DNA of 64,000 nucleotides from assembly GCF_018977255.1 (NCBI RefSeq), contig NW_024704743.1, forward strand, positions 93,436,001 through 93,500,000, given 5' to 3'. The notes under the pieces are model-generated. The model had not been told where the DNA came from. It did no database searches and saw nothing but the letters and a program-made list of their open reading frames with translations. Shown piece by piece: positions 26,366-37,219 of this stretch. Each line of letters begins with the position of its first letter. Position 1 is the stretch's first letter. Source of the DNA: Callorhinchus milii. Its lineage: Eukaryota. Made by a program: the position numbers and the translations under genes.

Positions 26366-27339
26366 TACTATTATATGACAAAAAGGCTCAACACAGCAAA
26401 GATCTGATGGAAAAATCCCATTGCAGCAATTGAAATGTTGAATTTCACGCTCAGGAGAGGAAGTTGAAGTGTTTAATTGTAGAATGTTCTTTTAATCTTC
26501 AACAAACTTCTACATGCAGCAAATCTACTGATTCCTTTCAATACAGATTATCTTTACTTGGTGTATAGAGCATGCAATTAATCTTAGGGATCAGCATTCA
26601 CATGAATTGAAGCTTCAGATCACATTCCCCTGAATCTGTTTTTTCTGAAGTACTTTAAAAGCATTGATGTGAATTTACAGATATTACGGATGTCACTGAG
26701 TTTTCCGATCTCACCTGGGTGTCCGTAAGATTACTACAGGCCCGAAATTACACCTAATCTTTAACACTATTTGCTCTTGAAATTGAAGATTGCGCAGAAT
26801 TAGTATTTATTTTGAAACTGCAGTACTTCAGAATAACCTGCTTTGAAAGTAAGGCTGGATTTAAGAATTTTCATAATTCTAATTATCCACATTTTTGGAC
26901 AAAATAGTTTTACAGGCTAAGACTATGTGAAACTATGGGCCAGGTAAGCTTGCACTCATTGTATTCAGGCTGGCCAAAAAAATAATGAGCAAGGCTGCTA
27001 CTCCTCACTGCTCTCCAGTGCATCCTACTAGAATGGACATTGCTAGACAGCAGAGGACTAAAATTATACATTCCTGATTAAAAATCTTAGTAGTGAAAAG
27101 TGGCAGGGAAATAAGCTAAATTACCCACAGACACTCATGATTCTATTTGAAGAGTTTCTTTTAGAATTGGCAGAAGAAAGTTGAAAATCACAAAGAGAAA
27201 CAGTTAATTCAATGGTACTTTAACTATGAGCGCATGTTTCTGAGTGGAAACAGGCTGGTGTGCTGTGGGAACTCCGCTGCTTGATGGGCAAGGGTAGTAA
27301 ACCTCTAACATGAGTGGTCAATCATTGTCAAGGGTTGCT

Positions 27340-28110
27340 GGTTCTCCTGGCTCAGTGGATAGCTCTCTTACCTCTTGGTCAGAAGGTTGTGGTTTAATAA
27401 TAAAAAATAATCCTTGCATTGATATAGCTCCTTATCACGTTTTTGAGACATCTCAAAGCGCTTCACAGAATACACTGTAAAGTGAATTGACTGTATATAC
27501 TGTGGGTGAAACACAGCAGCCAATTGCGCACAGCAGTGTCCTACAAACAGTCGTGGATTGAGTGACCCATATTATTTTTTAATTTATTTTTGAAGGAATT
27601 ATTATCCCCGGAAAAGTGATCCGCCAATCAACTAACAACCGGGTTCCTACTTACTACTAGATAAACAGAGGCATGTGGAGTAAGGAAACGTGCCCATTGT
27701 TTTCCCCCTGCAAGGAATTGAACCCAGGTCCTCTTGCTTGCAAGACAAGTGCTCTTACCACTGAGCTACAGTTCTCTACTGATGTTAAGCCCCACAATGG
27801 GTCATTAAGCTCAGAGTCTAGGCTGGCACCCCAATGAAATGTTGCATTGTCAGAGGTGCCATCGTTTGATGAAACATTAAACTGAGGTCCCATCTGCCTG
27901 TTCAGGTGGATGTTAAAGATTCAAAAAAAAAAGAATTTTTCTCTGGAGTCCTGATCAACAGTTCCCCAGATAACATTGGTAATTTAACTCATGGCTGTTT
28001 ATGGGACATTGTTGTGCGCAAAAGTGGCTGCCACATTTGCTTATAAATACACAGCTACTACAGTTTACAGCAACGTGAAGCACTTTGAGATATAGGAACT
28101 ATATCAAATC
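27340..28110 (+). mobile_element. DeuSINE split by a younger SINE
   Basis: Head ends at 'gaaggttgtggttt' (about 27394) and resumes at 'aagccccac' (about 27787); Deu domain 'ctgttcaggtggatgttaaagat...gggacattgttgtgcgcaaaagtggctgcc'. Confidence 0.85.
27395..27775 (-). mobile_element. tRNA/Deu/L2-tail SINE (long subfamily), nested
   Basis: Complete reverse copy ending in 'ccactgagctacag'. Confidence 0.93.
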
Positions 28111-29169
28111 CACACATTTTTTAAAAATAAGATTTGAAGAGGTGCTGCTTTTGCTGCATAAGGACAGAGTTTATTCTTCTAATATGCAGGAAGCTGTAGA
28201 CAATGATAAGACAATGTTGACAATGTAGACAATGTTGGCACTGTTGATTTTAAAAAGGAACAGGCAGTAAAGGAATGGTAACAATAACAACAACATTTAT
28301 ATACATTTAGCTACATTTATATAGCGTCTTTCACATCAGGAGGACATCCCAGACAGAAGATGCACATAGTTATTGATGCATAGCTATTCCAATATTCTCC
28401 TTCACCAGTGTCCAGGAAATTGACTCATAGCTTACTAGATCATATGTTCCTGAAGTCAGAGGAATGATTACTATAGTTCTGATATGCGTTGAAGTATTAT
28501 ACAAAATGCTTGGAATCAACTCAACTGTATATACATTTTTGTATATATATGATGATTGAAAATGTGGCAACTGAAGAGTTACTCATTTTACATTAGAACT
28601 TCCCCATTCGTTGTGATACTGGATCTGATGCTGACGCTTGTAAAATGCTCCCAGCTAAACACAGGCCTTGGTTTTATTTGATAAATTATGGATGGCTTGT
28701 ACCTCTCCAACTGAATGCTAAATTTGGTGAAAAAGTACAGTCGAGAGTCGGTTATCTACATTATTTGGGACTAGCCCCATTTGTAAATAAGCAAATAATG
28801 TGTGGATAATTGGACATCACGCAAAACACAAATTATCTACAGTGCTAACTAAAAAATTGTTCCATCAAGAGTGATACTGTCAAAAACACAATTTGCATTT
28901 ATATAGCACTCTTCACACTGTAGCATCCCGGAGCACTTAAATTAGGGTATCCATCATCTTGTCCCACTGAGTGGCCTACTGTACTGTATATACCCAATAC
29001 TGTCACTGCAGCAATACATTTGCAGCTCTTCTCTTTCTACTTCTCTCTAATTCTTTCTCCTTCACTCTGTCTTTCTGAGTCTCTCTTACTTTCTATCATG
29101 CTCTGACCCTCTCAACAAATGTATTTATTTTCCTAATTCTTGCCCTCCTTTTTACAAAAGCTCCAAGAT

Positions 29170-30385
29170 CAATGTAAGGAAAGACTTATACCAGGGTATA
29201 TGTTCCTCTTGAATAGGGGGTAAGGCAAGGCACTGACACCCATCTTATTTGATGTGTTCATCAATCATGTATTGAATAGCATCAAGGCAATGGATTAAGT
29301 GTTCCATAGGTATTGCTGACTGGCTTGCAGGACTTATGTTTGCAGACAATATTGTGCTACTAGTGGACTCACCTGGGGCTATTATGCGTTGCAATCACTA
29401 TATTGAAAACTGGATCACTCAATGGAACATGATGATAAGTGCCCCCAAGCGTGGGAATAATGGATCCATGCAGGTAGCCATTTTGCGTGATGTCCAATTA
29501 TCCACACTGTTTGGGGGACCTCAACAATATTGATTGGAAAATATAAGAGGTGTTAGTCCCAATTATTGATACTTATCAATATCAGGCTTTGCTTGGACTC
29601 TGTCCTGAGGGATTAGGCTGGGAAGGGGTGAATGGTACTCTGATTGTGCTTGTCTCTCTCCAAGGACAGCAATGAGGGAGGGCTCTGGCCTACACTGGTC
29701 TGTCACTGAGCACCATGAAGGCAGAAGTCAGCTTCACAGCAGGCATGTCTATTTGCCAAAGCCCCTCACGTGAGGACAGCTAAAGCATCTAGTGCTGAGT
29801 AGAGTAACCCTGGTATATGGCATTGGATTTGGACTTCAAGAACATCAAGGTCACTGGCAAATCACGGGTTATCCTGCAAAGGTCCTCCCACCACACTGAA
29901 GGCAGGTGTCCTCCAGATAGCTGATGAGGAAACTCTTAGGCTTGGGGTAACAGCTGCTGGAAAACATTACCTGGAGTCTGAGTTCGTGAACACACATTTG
30001 TACATCCAGAGCTTGGAATCCACCTTGAGTGGCCTGCAGAGAGGAAAGCAGCTGCTGCTGAAGCTCCACACTTCCAACTTCTGGAACCATCGCTCAATGG
30101 GAACGTATATATATCCAATCTGTGGGCAGGAAGATGGTGGCAATGCTCACATGCACTTCATGCTGAGTTGTGTTGCTCACCAGGAAGCTCATAGGACATT
30201 CCTGATATCTGCGCTCCACTTGGTAAGGGCTCAAATCTGTACTTTTTGGATGTCAAATGACTAACAAGTGACTATCCTCCTTGGGAGGAGATAAGCAAGA
30301 TCTCCTTGAAACTGAACTGGCTCCATAGTGATATGCTGGCAATGGAATATCAAAGTTGAGTCCAACCTCTCTAGTGCTCTCAGTA
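29170..30385 (+). mobile_element. old non-LTR retrotransposon ORF2 fossil (RT plus C-terminal CCHC-like motif)
   Basis: GVRQG..PILFDVFIN; AGLMFADNIVLL; ENWITQWNM; YPICGQEDGGNAHMHFMLSC. Confidence 0.8.
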
Positions 30386-31715
30386 TAATACAATACAAAA
30401 TTACATTTGTAAAGTGTGTTTCACATTTGAAAGACATCCCAAGGCATTGAACAGTCGGGGTGGGGGGCGCGAGGGGGTTGGGATCAGGGAGGGTGGAGGA
30501 CAGAGAGGGTAGGAGAGTGGCCAAAGAGGAGGGTCTTGAGGCATGCCTTGAAGGAGACAAAGGAGGGAGTAAGGCAAAGGAAATGCGGGATGGAGTTCCA
30601 GAGGCTGAAGGTCTGACCGCCGATAGTGGGGTGGGCCGGGCAGGGTCATGGAGCAGGCTGGAGCCTGCTGAGTGGAGGGAGCAGACAGGTTGATAAGGGG
30701 ATAGCAAGTCGGAGATGAGGATGAGAATTTTCAACTCAATCCTCTGAGGGATGGGGAGCCAGTGGAGCTGGGCGAAAGTAGCTGTGATGGGGTCACAGAG
30801 CCTGCGTGGAAGAGGACATGAGCTGCAGAGTTCTGGAAGATCTGCAGCATGTGGATGGAAGAGTTGGAAAGGCTGACAAGCAGGGCATTGGCATGGTCGT
30901 GCCTAGTTGTAATGAAGGCATTTATAAGGGTTCCGGCGACCTGAGGGGTGAGGCAGTGACAGAGTCAAGCAATGTTGCAAAGGTGGGGGAAGGCAGAGCG
31001 GGTCATAGCATGGATGTGGAGGAGAAAGGGCAGTTGAAGATCGAACAATATGCCTTGGTTCGTGACTAGCTTGGTGAGGTGAAGTGTACATCCTTGGATG
31101 CTGATGCTGCCAGTGCCTGAGATGCAGAGGCGCTGGTATGAAACAAACAGGAGAGCCTCAGTCTTGCTGACGTTCAACTGTAGAAAGTTAGCTGTCATCC
31201 AGGACTTGATGTATGACAGGCAGTCTGTCAGGACATCACTGGTCCTGGGGTTGAGGATGGAGGCAGAGATATAGAGTTGGGTGTCATCTGTGTATAAGTG
31301 GAAGTTGGCCCCAAGTCTGCAAATGATGTCACATAGAGTGAGCATGTACAGGTTGAAGAGGAAAGGACTGAGCATAGATCCCTGAGGAACACCACACAAG
31401 ATGGTGCGGGGAGTGGAGGAGAAGCCATTTGTGAGACAAAGTGAAGCCAGTGTGAGAGATAGGATCTGAACCATTCAAGGACAGAACCTTGAAGATTAAG
31501 GTGAGAGGAGAGGCAGTGGAGGAGGTCCACAGTGTCAAAAGCAACAGAGGAGGACGAGAAGACAGATGTGAGCCCTGGTCACAGATAAACACAATGTCAT
31601 TTGGCACCTTGACCAGAGCTGTTTCTGTGCTGTGGACAGCACGGAAACCCAATGGAGGGATTCATAAAGGGAGTGGCAGGAGAGGAAGGAGTGAAGGTGG
31701 GAAGCAACAACTCAT
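30386..31715 (-). mobile_element. L2 LINE, 1.33 kb, with 6-bp TSD
   Basis: [47 protein letters not shown] occurs at 30380-30385 and 31716-31721. Confidence 0.96.
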
Positions 31716-32020
31716 TCAGTAGTCCGGTTGCTGAGGGAGGCAGATCCACATTTGTTAAGGGCACAGCTGATGACAGACGAGCCAGCCTAGCTCATCAGTA
31801 GGATTCTGGAGAAGCAGATTGGGTCACTGGGAGCAAGGATTCTTCTCATTCAAATCCCATTAACCCTGTAAATCAAATTCCAAAAGGATAGGATGGTCCC
31901 CACTGGACAAGGAACAGGAAGCATACCTGACTGTGCTTTCAATGGCAAGCTATGCGGGTTTAGCTGGTTAAACTCCAGCAGTACCCCAACACACACTCTG
32001 GGCTTTTGCTAACCTGTGAC
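31716..32020 (+). mobile_element. continuation (3' region) of the old APE-RT-CCHC LINE
   Basis: Joins 30385 colinearly when compared with the reverse of 1290-1650. Confidence 0.8.
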
Positions 32021-32197
32021 TAATACTCTTTGAAATTAGGTAAACTGGGTTAAAGTGAGCATTCCATTCAAAACATGGGAACTCCAATATGTACGCGGCA
32101 CCTCTCAGGTTGGTTTGGATGCCCTTAAGCATGGTGATAGGGTCCACATATGTCAGACACCTGGCCGACCATAAAATACAAAAATACAAACACTTAC

Positions 32198-32277
32198 CTT
32201 TGCACTATGGTAAAGAAATTCCATTGTGCATTTGCAAAGCTGCACGTACATGCAAAATTGTTAGAGTTGCAATTTAC
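32198..32277 (-). other. candidate 80-nt exon
   Basis: Consensus donor AAG|GTAAGT, weak acceptor gctgtgtag, open frame VNCNSNNFACTCSFANAQWNFFTIVQ. Confidence 0.2.
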
Positions 32278-32949
32278 CTACACAGCGTCAATAAATTTAC
32301 TGGACCGCTTAAGTTACCGGTCATGCTAAATTAAGATGTAAATAGATCAGAAAAGCATTCTTCAACACGTTGCAGGTAATTGCAGATAATTGTCTCATAT
32401 TTACCACCCCAGTAACCTTAATGGATACACAGATGATGATTTTGCTCCTCTGATTACCACAGCTACTATTTATCACAAAACACAAACCTGAGATAACAGC
32501 GGGGTCCAATATATACATTAAGAGCTCAGAAGAATACATGGAAAAGTGCTGCAATATAAAATGAGACAAGAATCCTAATTTTAAACTTGTCACGCAAAGG
32601 TTTTATTTTAATTGGCTGCAAATGACAGAAACCATTTGAACAGAGAAAGTCATTGCTCCTACTGCAATATCTATGCTGATGAGAAGATTGGAGTTAGAGT
32701 GAGATCAGTGAGCAGGATATAATAAGATAATCCTTATTAAAGTCACTTGTAGCCTCTCCATCACATTCATACAATTCTATTAGTTATGAAATAGGAAAGC
32801 CCGGGACATCTAGAAAATCATGCCTCTTTTGTGAATTGCAACAATAATTAAAATCTTGTGTCAAAAGTAATGTCATTTTATAAAACAATTTATTTTCTAC
32901 AGTTCATGTGCATATTATGGGATGTTGTTACATAACAGCATAACATTGC

Positions 32950-33125
32950 ATAATAATAATCCTTGCCTTTTGATACAACTACTTATCATGTCTTTGAGAC
33001 ATCTCAAAGCGCTTCACAGAATATACTGTAAAGTGTAATGACTGTGTATCTTGTGGGTGAAATGTGGCAGCCAATTGCGCATAGCAGTGTCCCATAAACA
33101 GTTGTGCATTGAGTAACCAAATTAT
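32950..33125 (-). mobile_element. 5'-truncated SINE (long-subfamily tail)
   Basis: Reverse tail and Deu-like core. Confidence 0.85.
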
Positions 33126-33197
33126 TTATTCATAACATAACAAGAAAATACATCAAATCGTATGGATTATTATTAGATTTGATAATTGTTGACCCAA

Positions 33198-34078
33198 TTA
33201 CAACAACAAAATTACATTTGTATAGCACCTTTCACATCAGGAGGACGTCCCAAGGCACTGGACAGTCAGAGTTTCAGACCCGAGCTTGGGGTCGGGATCG
33301 GGGAGGTTGGAGGGCAAGGGGGAAGCAGGGTGATCAAAAGCACGGTCGAAAAGGATGGTCTTCAAGGAGCAAGGGAGGGGGTGAGATGGAGGGACTGCAG
33401 GATGGAGTTCCAGAGGGTGGGGGCAGGAGTGGCAGAAGTGGGGTGGGCGAGGCGGGGGACGTGAAGCAGGCCGAAGCCCGCTGAGCGGAGGGAGCGGGCA
33501 GGATTGTAGGGGGTTAGGAGTCGCAGAGGTAGGGGAGAGCAAGATCATGGAGGACTTTGAAGTTGAGAACCAAGATCTTGAATTGTATCCTCTGTGTGAT
33601 GGGAAGCCAGTGGAGTTGGGCGAGGATGGGGGTGATAGGGTCACGGAGCCTGGTGTGGAAGAGGACATGAGCTACAGAATTCTGGATGATCTGTAGCCTG
33701 TGGAGGGAGGAGTTGGGGAGGCTGACAAGCAGGGAGTTTGCATAGTCAAGCCTCGATGTAATGAAAGCGTGTGTGAGGGTTTCGGCGGCCTGTGTTGTGA
33801 AACAGTTGTGGAGCCGGGCGATGTTGTGGAGGTTGGGGAAGGCAGAGTGGGTCATGGCACAGATGTGGGGTAGAAAGGATAGTTGAAGGTCAAACAAGAT
33901 GCCAAGGTTCGGACTGGCTTAGTAAGTTGGAGTGTGCACCCATGGATTGTAATGCTGTTAGCGCCTGAGGTGTGGAGGCGCTGACAGGAGCCAATCAAGA
34001 GAGCCTCGGTCTTGTTGATGTTCAACTGAAGAAAATTAGCTCTCATCCAGGACTTGATGTCTGACAGACATTCTGTCA
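33198..34078 (-). mobile_element. L2 LINE 3' 0.9 kb
   Basis: CLSDIKSWMRANFLQLNINKTEALLIGS; HAFITSRLDYANSLL; LHWLPITQRIQFKIL. Confidence 0.95.
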
Positions 34079-34259
34079 TAAAACGTGTCATAAAATAATA
34101 ATAATCTTTACATTTGGTTTCAGTTCAGGCAGATGTCTAAAAACATTTTATAGAATATATTGCAGTGACTGGGTATTTTGTGGGTGGAAATTTATTTTTC
34201 TATCTACTCCTGAAGCCTGAGAATATGGGAGCAGCATCCCTCTCCCCAACTATCATCTA

Positions 34260-34410
34260 ATCCAAAGCCCTATGAGTCGATGCCCCTGTCTGGACAAGCA
34301 GCAGGAAGCTTACTAGACATTGTGCACAGTAGCTGGCTAAAGTCCCGTAGTACCTGTACACTCTGTGGTTCCCAAACTCTGTCTTTTGCCAACCTGCACC
34401 CTTTATTTTC
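34260..34410 (+). mobile_element. 3'-terminal fragment of the old APE-RT-CCHC LINE
   Basis: 'ctggacaagcagcaggaagctta...tcttttgccaacctg' matches 31903-32016 and the reverse of 1300-1440. Confidence 0.55.
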
Positions 34411-34529
34411 CAGAATGAGATAAGGAGGCTACATTTCTCCAGGGAGATAGGACACATGCTATTCCAGACACAGGAAAATTTCCATGTGGCACACATATGT
34501 GGAATTCTCAGTCTGCAGGTGTCAGACAT

Positions 34530-36295
34530 CATCAACAACAACTTGCACTTATATAGTGCCCTCCACACCGGATAGCTTCTCAGAGTGCTTTAAAGTGGCG
34601 GAGCCTGACTCCAAGCTCGAAGAGGAAGGTTTTCAGGTGGGAATTGAAAAAGGGAAAAGTGGGGGCAAGGCAGAGGGATTGAGGGAGAGTGTTTCAGAGT
34701 TTAGGGACATAGAGGTCGAAAGTGCAACCTCCAATGGTGGGGCATAGGGTGCGAGGGACGAGCAGGAGGCGGATGCCAATTGAGCGGAGGCTCCGGCTGG
34801 TAGAATGGGGAATGTGGAGGTTGGAGAGGTAGGGAGGTGCTAGAGAGTGAAGGGATTTAAACATGAGTGTGAGGATCTTGAGATCGATCTGCTCAGAGAT
34901 GGGGAGCCAGTAGAGCCTGACCAGAACTGGTGAGAATGTTGGTACGGAGTTTGGTCCGGGGTGACAGAGTTCTGAATGAGCTGGATCTTGTGAATGTTGG
35001 AGCTGGGGAGACCAACGAGGAGTACAAGGAGTATGTGGAGTCCTATAGCTCAGTGGTTTAGAGGACTTGCTTTGTAAGCGAGAGACCTGGGTTTGATTCC
35101 CGGCAGGGTGAAACCTTGGGCAAGTTTCCTTACTCCACATGCCTGATAGTAATCCCTCAAAAAAAACATTAATAAACTGGTCATTTCAATCCACAATGGT
35201 TTGTGGGACACTGCTGTGCGCAATTGGCTGCCGCGTTCGCCCACAAATGTACAGTCAATTCACTTTACAGTGTGTTCTGTGAAGCGCTTTGGGACGTCCT
35301 CCCGACGTGAAAAGCGCTATATCAAATGCAAGGATTATTATTATTATTATATCAAATGCAAGGATTATTATTATTAATATTATGTTTTGAGCAATCCAGG
35401 CGGCAAGTGACAAAGACATGCACAAGGGTTTCGGCTGCATTTGAGGTAAGGTACAGTCGGAGGTGGCATTGTGGCGGTGGTGAAAGAAGGTGGTCCTGGT
35501 CAGACACCGTATGTAGGGGAGGAAGGTGTTGGAGGTCGAACCAGATGCCTAGATGCGCACTGATTCGGTGAGTGTGAGGGAGAGCCCAGTAAGGTTGAGG
35601 AGTTCAGATCGCAGGAGTGAAGTCGTTGATGGGAGCCAAGCAACCTGTCTTCCATCTTGTCCACTTTCAGCTGCGGGAAGTTTGCACTCATCCAACAACA
35701 ACAACAAGATTCCATTTATAGAGCGCCTTTCACGTCGGGAGGACGTCCCAAGGCGCTGGACAGTTGGGTCAGGACCCGAGCAGGGGGGAAATGGTTAGGG
35801 TGAGGGGAGGGAAGGGAGGGAGCGAGGAGGGGGAAAATGGTCAGGGTGAGGGGAGGGAAGGGAGGGGGCGAGGATGGGGTAGAGAGTTGAGAGGGGAGCT
35901 TCCAAACTGACAATCCAGACAAACTGATAGACCTGGAGTTGGTTCTGGAGGAGGCAAGTAGATTTGTGTGTCATCCGGATACATGTGGAAGTTTACTCTG
36001 TGTCTGCGGATGACATCACCAAGAGGGAACAAATAGATAAGGAAAAGAAGAGGGTCAAGGATGGAGCCCTGGGGTACCCTACAGGTGACCGGACAGGGGC
36101 AGGAGGAGAAACCGTTTGCCGACATATAATGGAGGCGGTTAATGAAGTAGGACTTGAACCATGCGAGTGCAGTTCCACTAAGGTGGATGAGAGAGGAGAG
36201 GCAGTGGAGGAGGATGGCATGGTCAACTGTGTCAAACTCGGCAGAGAGATCCAGGAGAACGAGGAGGAACAGGGAGCCCTAGTCACAGATAAAGA
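34530..36295 (-). mobile_element. older L2 split by a SINE (35036-35378) and a young L2 tail (35693-35900)
   Basis: Colinear L2 ORF2 pieces: LYWLPISEQIDLKIL; WMSANFPQLKVDKME; VPQGSILDPLLFLIYL..FHMYPDDTQIY. Confidence 0.85.
35036..35378 (+). mobile_element. young full-length SINE (short subfamily) with duplicated tail
   Basis: A/B boxes present; 'tatatcaaatgcaaggattattattatt' occurs twice. Confidence 0.95.
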
Positions 36296-36379
36296 GCCGA
36301 ATGTGGGATATTCAGATCATGTGTCCATCCAAAACAAAAAAGGAATCTAGTAAGTGATGATTACAATCATTATTAATAG

Positions 36380-36720
36380 TAATATTGATGATAATTATTA
36401 CATTTAATATAACATCTCATCATGTATTCAATATATCTCAAATGGTTCAAGGATAAAGTGTAATGTTTGCCAATTTGCAAACTACAGCCAATTTATACCC
36501 AGCAATATCCTACAAATAGCCATGAAGTGCATGTCCAATTTTATCTGGAGAATTGTTGAACAGGACAGTCCTTTCTCTCTTTGGATAGTGCCGTAGGATT
36601 TTCAGTATCCTGCTGAACAAGCAGATGGATTTAATGTAGTTTAAAATTTCATCTGAAGGATGGCACCACAGACAATGCAGTGCTCCCCCACCACTGCATT
36701 GGAGTGTTAGCCTAAACTTT
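36380..36720 (-). mobile_element. DeuSINE fossil
   Basis: Reverse Deu domain 'tcatctgaaggatggcaccacagacaatgcagtgctcccccaccactgcattggagtg'. Confidence 0.7.
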
Positions 36721-37219
36721 GATCACTACATATGTCATTATATTCAGAGTCTACTATACTACGTTTCCAGCTCCTTCTTGAAAAAGTAATTGATGTTTAC
36801 TTTTCCTGGGAGTCTGTGCCAATTATCAGCTTCTCTGCGAAAAAAAGATCTAATCTCCAGGGCAATTTGGGGTTTATTAATTGTAAACCTATGTCCTCTA
36901 ATTCTGTGCTTATGTTCTACATTGAAATGCTGCTTACATCTATCATTTAAAGACCTGGATCAATGTTTGAATGCACACGTTGAAGTTTGTGTAGCTGAAG
37001 GAGGAAAAGGATTAGAAATCAGGTCAAATGACTGGAAGCAAAAAAGATGCTTAAAGTTGTCCAGATTAAACTGGACTGGTACACGTTGTAAAGGATCTAC
37101 TTACATCACACTGCCACTGGCAATAAGTCCCAAATTTACACACTGAACTTACGTCCCGAGGAACCCCATGCACAACTGGATTTTTTGCCAGTATCTTGCA
37201 GTTTGTGTCTGCTTCCACA

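Noticed and set aside
28198..28240. (GACAATG)-based short tandem repeat
   Set aside because: Four or five degenerate units from ordinary local slippage, with no further structure.
35780..35900. G-quadruplex-like G runs as a special element
   Set aside because: They are simply the antisense of the C-rich L2 3' UTR and occur in all copies.
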